Assembly: GCA_045594865.1 (NCBI GenBank)
Contig: JAZNZI010000133.1
Coordinates: 1-63,386, forward strand
DNA: 63,386 nt
Source of the DNA: Eubacteriales bacterium
GTDB lineage: Bacteria > Bacillota > Clostridia > Oscillospirales > CAG-272
Direction of reading: 5' to 3'
The position numbers and the translations under genes are program-made. Positions 48,553 to 57,603 of the stretch are shown here, piece by piece; position 1 is the first letter of the stretch, and the number at the start of each line of letters is the position of its first letter. The notes under the pieces are model-generated. The model saw only the letters and a list, made by a program, of their open reading frames with translations. It was not told the DNA's origin and searched no databases.

Positions 48553-50820
48553 TTAATTAGTTTCACTTTTTTCCTTGGGTGCCTTGATGCGATTAAGCTT
48601 CTTGTTAAGCTCGAGAAGCTCCTCCTTGGTGAACTCCTTGTTCATCATACCGCCCGCCATAGTGAGCAGACGAAGAACGGTAAAGCCGTTCATCATAGCC
48701 ATCATATCAGAGGAGATCTCAAAGCCCATAGCCTTCGGCTTCTCACCCTTCTTCTTGTTGCCGCCGAGCATCTTGCCCATCAGCTTCATGAAGAGCATCT
48801 TGCCGCGGAAGGTGGAGATAACCTGTCCCATTTTGGAGTTGAGTGAAAGGCGTCCCTCGATCTCGTTTATGTCGAACCAGTTAAGGATAGCGCCCTTCTC
48901 AACAAGGCGGTAAGCCTCGTTGAACTTCTCAACCTTGTTGATAACGCTCTCGTCGGTGCATTCGCCCGCAACAGCCTTAAGGTTGGAGGTGCCAACGTTT
49001 TTGACGTCGAAGTAGAAGAAGTGGTTGTCAGAGGTCTTCTTGCCAACAGACTCACCGTTAACGAAAAGCTCAACCTCGGGAAGGTTGGAGTAAACGGTAA
49101 CCTTGGTCACGTCCTCAACTCTGTCAACGTATCTCTTGGAGCAAAGGTGAACGAAGGGAGCCTCTGCGGGATCGCGGAGCCAAGCCTTGTAAGCGTAGAA
49201 GGAGTCCTTCTTATACTTACGGTCCATGGTCATAAGACCCTTGTGGTTCTGTCCGTTCTCGCCGCCCTCTGCACGCGCGTCAGCGCCGAAGTCAAACATA
49301 TTCCATACGTGGGTAGCCCACATATATTTTCTGGAGTAGAGCTGCTTGATAAGCTCCTCGTGGTAGTAAGACTGATACTCCTCGGTGTAGTCGCCCTGAC
49401 GGGGATCGGAGGTGTGCCAGTTAAGCGCCTCACAGCCGTACTCGGAGCAGCCGATCGGAATAGAGGGATGCATAGCGTGGAACTTGTCGAACCAGGGGCC
49501 GTTCATAGATGTATCGCCGCCGTACCAGCCGAAGTAGTGGTTGTAGGAAACCACGTCGGGAATCTGGAGGTAGGGATCGTCCATCTTGGTCATAGAAACT
49601 GCCGCCACGGTGGTGAGACGGGTTTTATCCATGCTGTGACAGATGTCGTTAAGTATGTTGTGGTTCTCGAGAAGATCAGGGGTAGAGCCGCTGATGGTGA
49701 TCTCGTTAGAGAGGCCCCATACTACGATAGAGGGGTGGTTGTAGTTCTGAGAAACAAGCTCCTTCATCTGAGTGATGGTGTTCTCGCGGCCTGTGGGCAT
49801 ATGCTTGGAGATGTAGGGGATCTCTGCCCAGATAACCATACCGTATTCGTCGCAAAGATCGTAGAAGTACTGATCGTGCTGGTAGTGTGCAAGACGGATC
49901 GTGGTGCAACCTACCTCAAAGATGTACTCCATATCCTCCTTGTGATGCTCGGGAAGGAGAGCATTACCGAAGCCGAGTCTGTCCTGGTGACGGGATACAC
50001 CGCGAAGGGGATATTCCTCGCCGTTAAGATAGAAGCCGTTTTTGGGATCGATCTTGAAGGTACGGCAACCGAAGCGGGAGCAAACGTTGTCCACGATCTC
50101 CTCGCCTTCAACGATCTCAGCCTCACAGCAGTAGAGGTAAGGATCACGGCGTCCGTGCCAGAGATGAACGTCCTTGATCTCAAAGACTACGGTCTTGTCG
50201 GCGGTGACGATCCTCTGAAGCTCGTTTTCTTCCTTATCGTAAATGGTGTACGCGATCTGCTGGTTCTCTTTAAGCTCGGTAGTGAAAACCTCAACCTCAA
50301 CCTTGGCATCCTTGCCCTCAATGTTGGGAGTGATCTTGATACCGGGCGCACCCCAGTAATCAAGGTCAAAGTGGTTGTCGGCAACGGTCACGATGTAAAC
50401 GTCACGGTAAAGACCGCCGTAGAAGGTAAAGTCTGCCATTTGGGGATAAACGGTGTCGTTGGGCGCGTTGTCAACAACGATAGCCAGCGCGTTGTCACCC
50501 TCGTGAAGATGGGAAGTGAGATTTACTCTCCAGGTGGAATAACCGCCGTCGTGGTGAGCGAGATGCTTACCGTTTAAGTACACGTCTGCGGAGGAGTTAG
50601 CGCCGCGGATCTCAAGGTAGTGATTGCCCTCGCCAAGCTCGTCCTTGTTGATATTCTTGGAATAAACGCAGCTACCGCGGAAGTAAAGACCGCCGTCATA
50701 ACCATCCTCGTTATTCCAGGTATGGGGCAGGGTTACGGGAACCGCACCCTCGGTCACAGCGGGATCAGCGCAGTCCTTAACGAACTGCCAACCCTCGTTG
50801 ATCTTGAGTATTTTTCTCAT
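48553..50820 (-). CDS. Glycoside hydrolase family 2, probable beta-glucuronidase
   Basis: Acid/base motif NHPSIVVWGLSNE, nucleophile CSEYG and YNHYFGWY. The segment WNMFDF...GQNHKGLMTMDRKYK aligns with E. coli GUS WNFADF...GGNKKGIFTRDRKPK (N-x-K glucuronate motif). The gene is co-operonic with uxuA and uxuB. Confidence 0.65.
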   Translation of the reverse strand: MRKILKINEGWQFVKDCADPAVTEGAVPVTLPHTWNNEDGYDGGLYFRGSCVYSKNINKDELGEGNHYLEIRGANSSADVYLNGKHLAHHDGGYSTWRVNLTSHLHEGDNALAIVVDNAPNDTVYPQMADFTFYGGLYRDVYIVTVADNHFDLDYWGAPGIKITPNIEGKDAKVEVEVFTTELKENQQIAYTIYDKEENELQRIVTADKTVVFEIKDVHLWHGRRDPYLYCCEAEIVEGEEIVDNVCSRFGCRTFKIDPKNGFYLNGEEYPLRGVSRHQDRLGFGNALLPEHHKEDMEYIFEVGCTTIRLAHYQHDQYFYDLCDEYGMVIWAEIPYISKHMPTGRENTITQMKELVSQNYNHPSIVVWGLSNEITISGSTPDLLENHNILNDICHSMDKTRLTTVAAVSMTKMDDPYLQIPDVVSYNHYFGWYGGDTSMNGPWFDKFHAMHPSIPIGCSEYGCEALNWHTSDPRQGDYTEEYQSYYHEELIKQLYSRKYMWATHVWNMFDFGADARAEGGENGQNHKGLMTMDRKYKKDSFYAYKAWLRDPAEAPFVHLCSKRYVDRVEDVTKVTVYSNLPEVELFVNGESVGKKTSDNHFFYFDVKNVGTSNLKAVAGECTDESVINKVEKFNEAYRLVEKGAILNWFDINEIEGRLSLNSKMGQVISTFRGKMLFMKLMGKMLGGNKKKGEKPKAMGFEISSDMMAMMNGFTVLRLLTMAGGMMNKEFTKEELLELNKKLNRIKAPKEKSETN

Positions 50821-50862
50821 AATCGCTCCTTTATAATTTTACATATATATTCGCCTTCTTTA

Positions 50863-50892
50863 ATTATAGCAAATTTGTATAGGTAAAATCAA
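50863..50892 (-). promoter_or_regulatory. Promoter of the GH2-uxuA-uxuB operon
   Basis: Minus strand TTGATT - 18 nt - TATAAT. Confidence 0.65.
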
Positions 50893-50924
50893 TAATTTAA
50901 GACAAAAAATATGTTAATAAATTT

Positions 50925-50965
50925 AAAAAATCCGGCGCCCGACGGTGTATTTTGTCGGACGCCGC
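50925..50965 (-). terminator. Terminator after the GPH symporter gene
   Basis: Minus strand GGCGUCCGAC-loop-GUCGGGCGCC followed by GGAUUUUUU. Confidence 0.65.
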
Positions 50966-51001
50966 GAAAATTCACTCGTCTGAGATTGATTTTTCAGTTA
51001 A

Positions 51002-52615
51002 TTATGCTTCCTCGGAAACCTCTGCGGGAGCCGCTGCAGCGCGACGGGCAGCAAGATCCTCTTTCATTGTAGCAAGAGTCTTCTTGTCAATGTTGTAAAC
51101 AAGAGCAACGCCAATAAACTGGCAGATAGCACTGAGGGCATAAAGACACGCAACGAGCCAGCAGAGATTTTCTGCGGTTTGTGCGGACTGACCGATGGTA
51201 CCAAGAGCGGACTCGTAGCCGATGAGGGGTGTACCCATGATAGCGATAACTGCTGCGGGGCCAACACCCTGAGCAAGCTTTCTGAAGAAGGAGTGAAGCG
51301 AGTAAATAACGCTTTCCTCTCTCTTGCCGGTCTTCCACTCGGAGTAATCGATAGCGTCACCCATCATAGCCCAGGACACGCAGTTATAGAAGCCGAGACC
51401 GAAGCCGAAGAATACAAGACCGATCATATACATGACGAGCTGAATGTTCTTGGGGCAAAGGGGGAATATGCAAAGAATAACAGCACCGACAAGACTTATG
51501 ATAGCGCCTATAGAAGCAACCTCTTTCTTTCCAAACTTCTTAACGAGCTTGGTAGCAAAAGGCATAAATACGAACATTGGAAGGAAACCAATCAACGTAA
51601 CAACACCGGAAAGAGAAGCCTGACCGAAGTGGGTAGCAAACATAATCGTGGTAGCTGTGGAAGCAGACTGCATACCGAGGAACATACCCATTGCTGCGAT
51701 CGTGCAGCCAACTGCGGGGCGGTTTTTCATAAAGGTACCGAAGGATTTGAAGATATTAACCTTTTCGCCACTTTCTTTGTTGAGTATAGCATACTCGTCG
51801 CCGCGGATGGTGATGTTCTTGATCATAAGAAGGAAGAATACGAAGCCGATAACACCCATAATGAGTGCTGCCCAGAATACTCTGTCACCAAGAAGAACCT
51901 CAAGCTGATTACCGGTCAAGGGGCTAAGCACTGCATCGCCCATCTCGTATGCTTCGCCTGTGACGGGATTCTTGTGGAAGTTTTCGGGAGCGAATGCGCT
52001 CTCTGCACCCTCGGGAATCTCGATTTTGTCAAGGAAGTCGGTGCTGCCGTCGTATGTAACCTTTTGCCAGATAAGCATGGGGAGAATAATCATAGGAAGC
52101 ATATTTCCGACTGCGCCTCCGATGGATCTGAATACAGAAAGAGAAGATCTCTCTTCGTTATCCTCGGTAACGATGTTAAGCATAGTGCCGTAAGGAACAT
52201 TTGCCATAGTATATGCAGCATCCCAAACGATGTATCCAAGAACGAAGAGAATAGCCTTAACTACGGTGTTGGCACTGGGGAACGGAAGGAATACTGCCGC
52301 GCCGCCTATCAGAAGGCCGATAGCGCCGATAAGGATATAGGTCTTGTACTTGCCCATCTTGTACTTTCTCTTGTCGTTGTCGATGAGAGTACCGATGAGC
52401 GGGTCGTTAATTGCGTCCCAGATCTGAACGATGAGGAGAAGAATAGAGAACAGACCTGTTTCCATCATCATATAAACAAGCCAGAAGGTCTGTACGGTGC
52501 TCTTGAGACTGAAGCTCATATTACAGCCAAGGTCGCCTGCAGCATACGCGAGCTTATCGCGAATACCGAACTTGCGATGGCCGTTAGCATCGAGCTGAAC
52601 GGGTTTTTTTGCCAT
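51002..52615 (-). CDS. Glycoside-pentoside-hexuronide (GPH):cation symporter, MFS superfamily
   Basis: 537 aa, about 12 TM, with the N-terminal motif KLAYAAGDLGCNMSF typical of the MelB/GusB family. Confidence 0.85.
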   Translation of the reverse strand: MAKKPVQLDANGHRKFGIRDKLAYAAGDLGCNMSFSLKSTVQTFWLVYMMMETGLFSILLLIVQIWDAINDPLIGTLIDNDKRKYKMGKYKTYILIGAIGLLIGGAAVFLPFPSANTVVKAILFVLGYIVWDAAYTMANVPYGTMLNIVTEDNEERSSLSVFRSIGGAVGNMLPMIILPMLIWQKVTYDGSTDFLDKIEIPEGAESAFAPENFHKNPVTGEAYEMGDAVLSPLTGNQLEVLLGDRVFWAALIMGVIGFVFFLLMIKNITIRGDEYAILNKESGEKVNIFKSFGTFMKNRPAVGCTIAAMGMFLGMQSASTATTIMFATHFGQASLSGVVTLIGFLPMFVFMPFATKLVKKFGKKEVASIGAIISLVGAVILCIFPLCPKNIQLVMYMIGLVFFGFGLGFYNCVSWAMMGDAIDYSEWKTGKREESVIYSLHSFFRKLAQGVGPAAVIAIMGTPLIGYESALGTIGQSAQTAENLCWLVACLYALSAICQFIGVALVYNIDKKTLATMKEDLAARRAAAAPAEVSEEA

Positions 52616-52661
52616 TTTTAAAATACCTCCAAAAAATATTTATTTATATTTGCGCAATAAT

Positions 52662-52691
52662 ATTATAACAAATCGTTTACATATTTGGCAA
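52662..52691 (-). promoter_or_regulatory. Possible promoter of the GPH symporter gene
   Basis: Minus strand TTGCCA - 18 nt - TATAAT. Confidence 0.5.
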
Positions 52692-52817
52692 GTCCCAAAA
52701 GTGCCACTTATGTGACACCCCTATACAAAAAAAGTGAAGCGAATTTAGTCATAATATATAGATTATGAATGATATTCAGTCAAAAATAGCAAAAAATAGT
52801 AAAAATTTGAAAAATGC

Positions 52818-52846
52818 TTGACTATTTTTTACAAATAAATTATAAT
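52818..52846 (+). promoter_or_regulatory. Promoter of the TetR-family regulator
   Basis: TTGACT - 17 nt - TATAAT. Confidence 0.75.
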
Positions 52847-52876
52847 AAATTTAAATTTTATTTAATCGGAGGAAGT

Positions 52877-53467
52877 ATGTATAAGCTGTGTAAGACCGAG
52901 GAATCAAGCAAAAGACAAAGAGATATCGAAAACGTTCTTCTTCAGCTGATGAGGGAAAAGCGGTATGACGATATCTCGGTCAGCGAGATATGCGAGAGAG
53001 CAAATTTACCGAGAAAGTCCTTCTATAGATACTTTGACGGTAAGGAGGGCGCTATGCAGTCGCTTCTTTACCACAGCATCACCGATTTTCACGCTTTTTC
53101 TATGGGAAGCGACAAGAAGGAAAAGCGAACTCTCAGCGGAGAATTTGAGGAGTTTTTCCTGTTCTGGAAGGAAAAGCGCGATTTCCTTGAGGCGTTTGAT
53201 AAGAGCAAGCTTATAGGACTTTTAGTTGAGCATTCAACAAGCTATGCTATGAGCGAGTTTATCAACATCAGAAAGTTTTTGACTGAGGGCGAAGACAGAG
53301 AAAAAATTCACGTCTTTCAGTTTACCATTTGCGGTCTTATGACGCTGACTGTTGATTGGTATCGATCTGGCTATGCCGAGAGCGTTCCCGAAATTGCAAG
53401 AACTGCTGCAAGACTTATCAGCAAGCCACTGTTCCCCAATCTTGATAAAATGGGAATTCAGACCTAA
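52877..53467 (+). CDS. TetR/AcrR family transcriptional regulator
   Basis: Start at ATG 52877 (RBS GGAGGAAG). HTH region DISVSEICERANLPRKSFYRYFDGKEG. Confidence 0.88.
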   Translation: MYKLCKTEESSKRQRDIENVLLQLMREKRYDDISVSEICERANLPRKSFYRYFDGKEGAMQSLLYHSITDFHAFSMGSDKKEKRTLSGEFEEFFLFWKEKRDFLEAFDKSKLIGLLVEHSTSYAMSEFINIRKFLTEGEDREKIHVFQFTICGLMTLTVDWYRSGYAESVPEIARTAARLISKPLFPNLDKMGIQT

Positions 53468-53476
53468 AATGTAAAT

Positions 53477-53512
53477 AAAAGGTTGCAAAATCAACAATTT
53501 TGCAACCTTTTT
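53477..53512. terminator. Bidirectional terminator
   Basis: aaaaggttgcaaaa-tcaaca-attttgcaaccttttt. Confidence 0.8.
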
Positions 53513-53526
53513 ATTATAAAAACGCG

Positions 53527-54645
53527 CTATTTATTTTTAAAAAACTGATACAGATAACAGGGCAACATGCCGTTGTAAAGCTTCCTTACCTTATCTGCCT
53601 TTCTGCCGTAGAAGCGCTCGAAGGAGGGGTGCGAGGTTATCACGTACACCTGCCAGGGTGAGAGCGAGCGGAAGTGAACTCCTATCTCGCGATAAAGGCT
53701 TTCCACCTCTCTGAGAGTACCGAGCCTCTCGCCGTAGGGTGGATTACAAACGATAGTCCCCCGTCTGCCGTCGGCAGATATGGTTCTCGCGTCTTGGCGG
53801 AAGACCTTTACAACGTCACTGACGCCTGCGAGCCTTGCATTTTTTTCTGCCAAAGTGACCGCGCTCGTGTCTATATCAGAGGCAAACGCCTGAAAATCGG
53901 TGGGATGCTCGCTGTCAAAGGCTTCCTCACGGGCGTTTTGCCATATCTTCTTATCAATAAAGGAAAACTCCTCCGCGGCAAAGTGTCTGCTTCGTCCGGG
54001 GGCGATACCCTTCATAATCATAGCTGCCTCAATGGCTATCGTACCGCTGCCGCACATAGGGTCCCATAGCAGCACGTTCTCGCGTGGACGAGCGGTTGCG
54101 GCTATCGCCGCCGCCAAAGTTTCGCGTATGGGAGCGCCGAGAGCATCCTTTCGGTAGCCCCTCTTATGCAGGGCAACTCCCGAGGTGTCTATCATCAGCG
54201 TTGCCAGGTCGTTGAGTATAAAGAACTCTATCTGGTATTTTACACCCGTCTCCTCAAAATGCTCTATGCCGTAGGCGCTGCCAAGAGAACGGACGACCGC
54301 CTTCTTGACTATTGCCTGACAGTCGGGGATAGAGTGCAGCTTTGATTTTATGGCGTGTCCCTTGACGGGAAAGGCGTCAAGTTTGCCGATATAGTCAGAC
54401 CAATTAAGCGCGCGCGTACCCTCGAAAAGCTCCTCAAAGCTCTCTGCCCTGAATGAGCCTACCTTAATAAACACCCTCTCGGCATAGCGGAGGAAAATAT
54501 TTGAAAGCGCAACCGCCTCTCTATCACCTGCAAAGGTCACTCTGCCGTCTATTGTGGATATTCTCTCGTATCCGAGGGCGTCTATCTCCTCGCCCAGCAG
54601 GTGCTCAAGGCCGAAAAGACAGGTGGCAACAAGCTCGAATTTCAT
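53527..54645 (-). CDS. THUMP-domain class I SAM-dependent RNA methyltransferase (RlmL/YpsC-like)
   Basis: Start at ATG 54645 (RBS GGAGAG). The longer ORF would cover its own -35 box. SAM motif I DPMCGSGT and motif IV NPPYG. Confidence 0.85.
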   Translation of the reverse strand: MKFELVATCLFGLEHLLGEEIDALGYERISTIDGRVTFAGDREAVALSNIFLRYAERVFIKVGSFRAESFEELFEGTRALNWSDYIGKLDAFPVKGHAIKSKLHSIPDCQAIVKKAVVRSLGSAYGIEHFEETGVKYQIEFFILNDLATLMIDTSGVALHKRGYRKDALGAPIRETLAAAIAATARPRENVLLWDPMCGSGTIAIEAAMIMKGIAPGRSRHFAAEEFSFIDKKIWQNAREEAFDSEHPTDFQAFASDIDTSAVTLAEKNARLAGVSDVVKVFRQDARTISADGRRGTIVCNPPYGERLGTLREVESLYREIGVHFRSLSPWQVYVITSHPSFERFYGRKADKVRKLYNGMLPCYLYQFFKNK

Positions 54646-54676
54646 CACTACTCTCCAAAATACTTTTTCTTTGCTT

Positions 54677-54705
54677 ATTATATCATCAAAAATGCCCTCC
54701 GTCAA
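54677..54705 (-). promoter_or_regulatory. Promoter of the THUMP methyltransferase gene
   Basis: Minus strand TTGACG - 17 nt - TATAAT. Confidence 0.75.
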
Positions 54706-54717
54706 GAGAGAAAAATA

Positions 54718-54746
54718 TTGACAACTCCTTATATTTATGTTAAAAT
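54718..54746 (+). promoter_or_regulatory. Promoter of the small membrane protein gene
   Basis: TTGACA - 17 nt - TAAAAT. Confidence 0.7.
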
Positions 54747-54786
54747 CAAAAATAAAAATATATTAGTAAAATATGGAGGTAATAAT

Positions 54787-55092
54787 ATGAAGCCCATAGT
54801 AACCAACACACTCTCCGCCTTAGGATACATAGGACTGATCATTCTGTTTAACCTGCCCTACGTAGGTTTCCCCGCGCTTTTGATCTGCGCTTTATTTGTT
54901 AAAAATCAGTCCGTGCGTAGCTTTGCCCGCGCTATAATTATTATCGAGGTGGTTTGCACTCTGCTTCTCGTGGTTGTCGCACTGCTTGGATTTATCAGCC
55001 TTAGCGATATTTTCGGTGACTTTTTCTTCGACTTCTCAGGTGACGAGGGCACCGCATTTCTTAACAATATAAGATACTATCTTGGCGTATAA
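54787..55092 (+). CDS. Small (101 aa) integral membrane protein, unknown function
   Basis: GGAGG RBS 7 nt before ATG 54787. Three predicted hydrophobic helices and an acidic C-terminal tail. A terminator follows. Confidence 0.6.
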   Translation: MKPIVTNTLSALGYIGLIILFNLPYVGFPALLICALFVKNQSVRSFARAIIIIEVVCTLLLVVVALLGFISLSDIFGDFFFDFSGDEGTAFLNNIRYYLGV

Positions 55093-55098
55093 ATATTT

Positions 55099-55126
55099 CC
55101 GCAGGCTTAAACCGCCTGCGGTTTTC
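55099..55126 (+). terminator. Terminator
   Basis: ccgcagg-cttaaaccg-cctgcgg followed by tttt. Confidence 0.7.
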
Positions 55127-55172
55127 TAAAATATTAATTAATTTTCTATAACCTTACCGAAAGGACAGAAAA

Positions 55173-57521
55173 ATGGACAGGATTTATTTAAACAACGATT
55201 GGCAATTTAGCTTTGATCATAGCAAGGGTGAGTTTGTTCCCGCCCGAATTCCTCATACGGTGAAAGAGACGCCCTTCCATTATTTCAGCGAGGAGGAGTA
55301 TCAGACGGTGTCGGAGTACAGACGTCTGCTCTTTGCCGAGCCCGAGTGGCAGGACAGCCGCGTGCTGCTTACATTTGACGGCGTGGCGCACTATGCAGAG
55401 GTGTTCCTCAATGGAAAAAAGGTTGGCGAGCATTACAGCGGATATACCGCCTTTACAATAGATATCTCCGAGCATCTGCGCTATGGCGAGAACAACGGTC
55501 TTTCGGTGATCGTGGACTCCCGCAAGAATCTGAACATTCCTCCCTTTGGCAACGTTATCGACTATATGACCTACGGCGGCATCTACCGCGACGTTTATAT
55601 TGATATAAAGAGCCAAACCTATATCTCAGACGTATTTGTAAAGGCGCGCGCAAACGGCGAGATCGACTCGGAGATACAGATCGTCGGCGACATCTCCCGC
55701 AGAATGACCGTCAGACACAGCATTGTTGTTGACGGGGTGGAATATCTGCTCGGCGAGGCGTCTGCCGAAAGCGAGATGTCGGTGTCCTCATTCGTTGAGA
55801 ACGTAAAGCCCTGGCACGTGGACAGCCCCCACCTCTATACCGTAAGAACCGAGCTGTGGAATGGCAGAAATCTTATTGATACAAAGGAGGTCAGAGTTGG
55901 CTTCCGCGATGCCGAGTTCCGTAAGGACGGATTTTATCTTAACGGCAAAAAGCTGAAGATCCGCGGACTTAACCGCCATCAGTCCTACGCGTACGTTGGC
56001 TACGCTATGCCACGCTCTATGCAGGAGATGGATGCCGACGTGCTGAAGCGCGAGCTTGGACTTAACACCGTCCGCACGTCTCACTATCCTCAATCGCACT
56101 ACTTCCTTGACCGCTGTGACGAGATCGGTCTGCTTGTCATCACCGAGATTCCCGGCTGGCAGCATATAGGTGACGAAAAATGGCAGGATCAGGCGGTGAA
56201 GAACGTGGAGGAAATGATACTTCAATACCGCAACCACCCCTCGATCATTCTCTGGGGTGTCCGCATCAACGAGTCCCAGGATAACGAGGCGCTTTATACC
56301 CGCACCAACACCCTCGCTCATCAGCTCGATCCCACGAGAGATACCTGCGGCGTGCGTAATTTCAAGAGAAGTCAGCTTCTCGAGGACGTCTATACCTACA
56401 ACGAGTTCGTTCACGATGGCAAAAAACCCGGCTGCGAGCCGAAGGCTGCCGTCACCTCGGATATGGAAAAGCCCTATATGATCACCGAGTACAACGGACA
56501 TATGTACCCCACCAAATCCTTTGATTGCGAGGATCATAGGGTAGAACACGCGCTTCGCCACGCGAGAGTGCTGAACTCGGTAGCATCCTACGGAGATATA
56601 GCGGGCAGCTGCGGCTGGTGTATGGCGGATTATAATACCCATAAGGACTTTGGCTCGGGCGACCGTATCTGCTATCACGGTGTCACCGATATGTTCCGTA
56701 ATCCAAAGCTTGCGGCGGCGGTCTACGCTTCACAGGGCGAGGCTCCCGTGCTTGAGATCAGCTCGTCTATGGATATCGGCGAGCATCCCGCCTGCATAAA
56801 GGGTGATATATGGGCGTTCACCAATGCCGACAGCATAAAAATGTATAAGAACGGCGAGTTTGTCAAGGAGTATTTTCCGAGGGAAAACGGAAGCTTTAAG
56901 CACCTGCCTCACAGTCCTATCCTCATTGACGATTTTATAGGTGAAGCAATAGCGAAAAATGAGAATATGAAGCCAAGACAGGCAAGGCTGGTCACAAGGG
57001 CGCTCAATTATATCGCCCGCCACGGCTACGGCAACCTGCCCCCGAGGATCCTTTGGATCGCGGCGCAGTGCATTGTTTTCTACGGAATGAAGATAAACGA
57101 AATAGTTGATCTCTACACCAAGTACGCAGGCGATTGGGGCGGTGTGTCCACCGTCTACCGCTTTGACGCGATAAGAAATGGCGAGGTGGTGAAATCTGTC
57201 ACAAAGGCGCCGATGAATCAGGGAGGTCTTGAAGCGAATATTTACAAAACTCAGCTTCAGGAGAGGGAGAGCTATGACGTGACGGCTATCCGCATTCGCG
57301 CCGTGGACGAGTATGGCAATACTCTTTATTTCTCTGGCGAGCCTATCACCGTCACCACGGACGGTCCCATAGAGATTATCGGTCCTGCAACCATACCGCT
57401 TCGCGGCGGTATGGGCGGAGTTTACCTTAAGACCGTCGGCAAATCGGGCAAGGCAACCGTGAGCCTTCACAGCGAGGCTCTTGGTGAGATAAGCATTAAT
57501 CTTGACGTAAAAGAGCCTTGA
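55173..57521 (+). CDS. Glycoside hydrolase family 2 (beta-galactosidase-like; lacks the N-x-K glucuronate motif)
   Basis: 782 aa with sugar-binding N-terminus LLTFDGVAHYAEVFLNGKKVGEH, acid/base NHPSIILWGVRINES and nucleophile ITEYNG. Confidence 0.85.
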   Translation: MDRIYLNNDWQFSFDHSKGEFVPARIPHTVKETPFHYFSEEEYQTVSEYRRLLFAEPEWQDSRVLLTFDGVAHYAEVFLNGKKVGEHYSGYTAFTIDISEHLRYGENNGLSVIVDSRKNLNIPPFGNVIDYMTYGGIYRDVYIDIKSQTYISDVFVKARANGEIDSEIQIVGDISRRMTVRHSIVVDGVEYLLGEASAESEMSVSSFVENVKPWHVDSPHLYTVRTELWNGRNLIDTKEVRVGFRDAEFRKDGFYLNGKKLKIRGLNRHQSYAYVGYAMPRSMQEMDADVLKRELGLNTVRTSHYPQSHYFLDRCDEIGLLVITEIPGWQHIGDEKWQDQAVKNVEEMILQYRNHPSIILWGVRINESQDNEALYTRTNTLAHQLDPTRDTCGVRNFKRSQLLEDVYTYNEFVHDGKKPGCEPKAAVTSDMEKPYMITEYNGHMYPTKSFDCEDHRVEHALRHARVLNSVASYGDIAGSCGWCMADYNTHKDFGSGDRICYHGVTDMFRNPKLAAAVYASQGEAPVLEISSSMDIGEHPACIKGDIWAFTNADSIKMYKNGEFVKEYFPRENGSFKHLPHSPILIDDFIGEAIAKNENMKPRQARLVTRALNYIARHGYGNLPPRILWIAAQCIVFYGMKINEIVDLYTKYAGDWGGVSTVYRFDAIRNGEVVKSVTKAPMNQGGLEANIYKTQLQERESYDVTAIRIRAVDEYGNTLYFSGEPITVTTDGPIEIIGPATIPLRGGMGGVYLKTVGKSGKATVSLHSEALGEISINLDVKEP

Positions 57522-57538
57522 TTTTGCAAATTAAACTA

Positions 57539-57568
57539 TTGACATTATAATTGCACATGTGATATAAT
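57539..57568 (+). promoter_or_regulatory. Promoter of alaS
   Basis: TTGACA - 18 nt - TATAAT, about 35 nt upstream of the ATG. Confidence 0.75.
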
Positions 57569-57603
57569 TAAGTGTTTTAATATATTTTTAGGAGAAAATT
57601 CCA

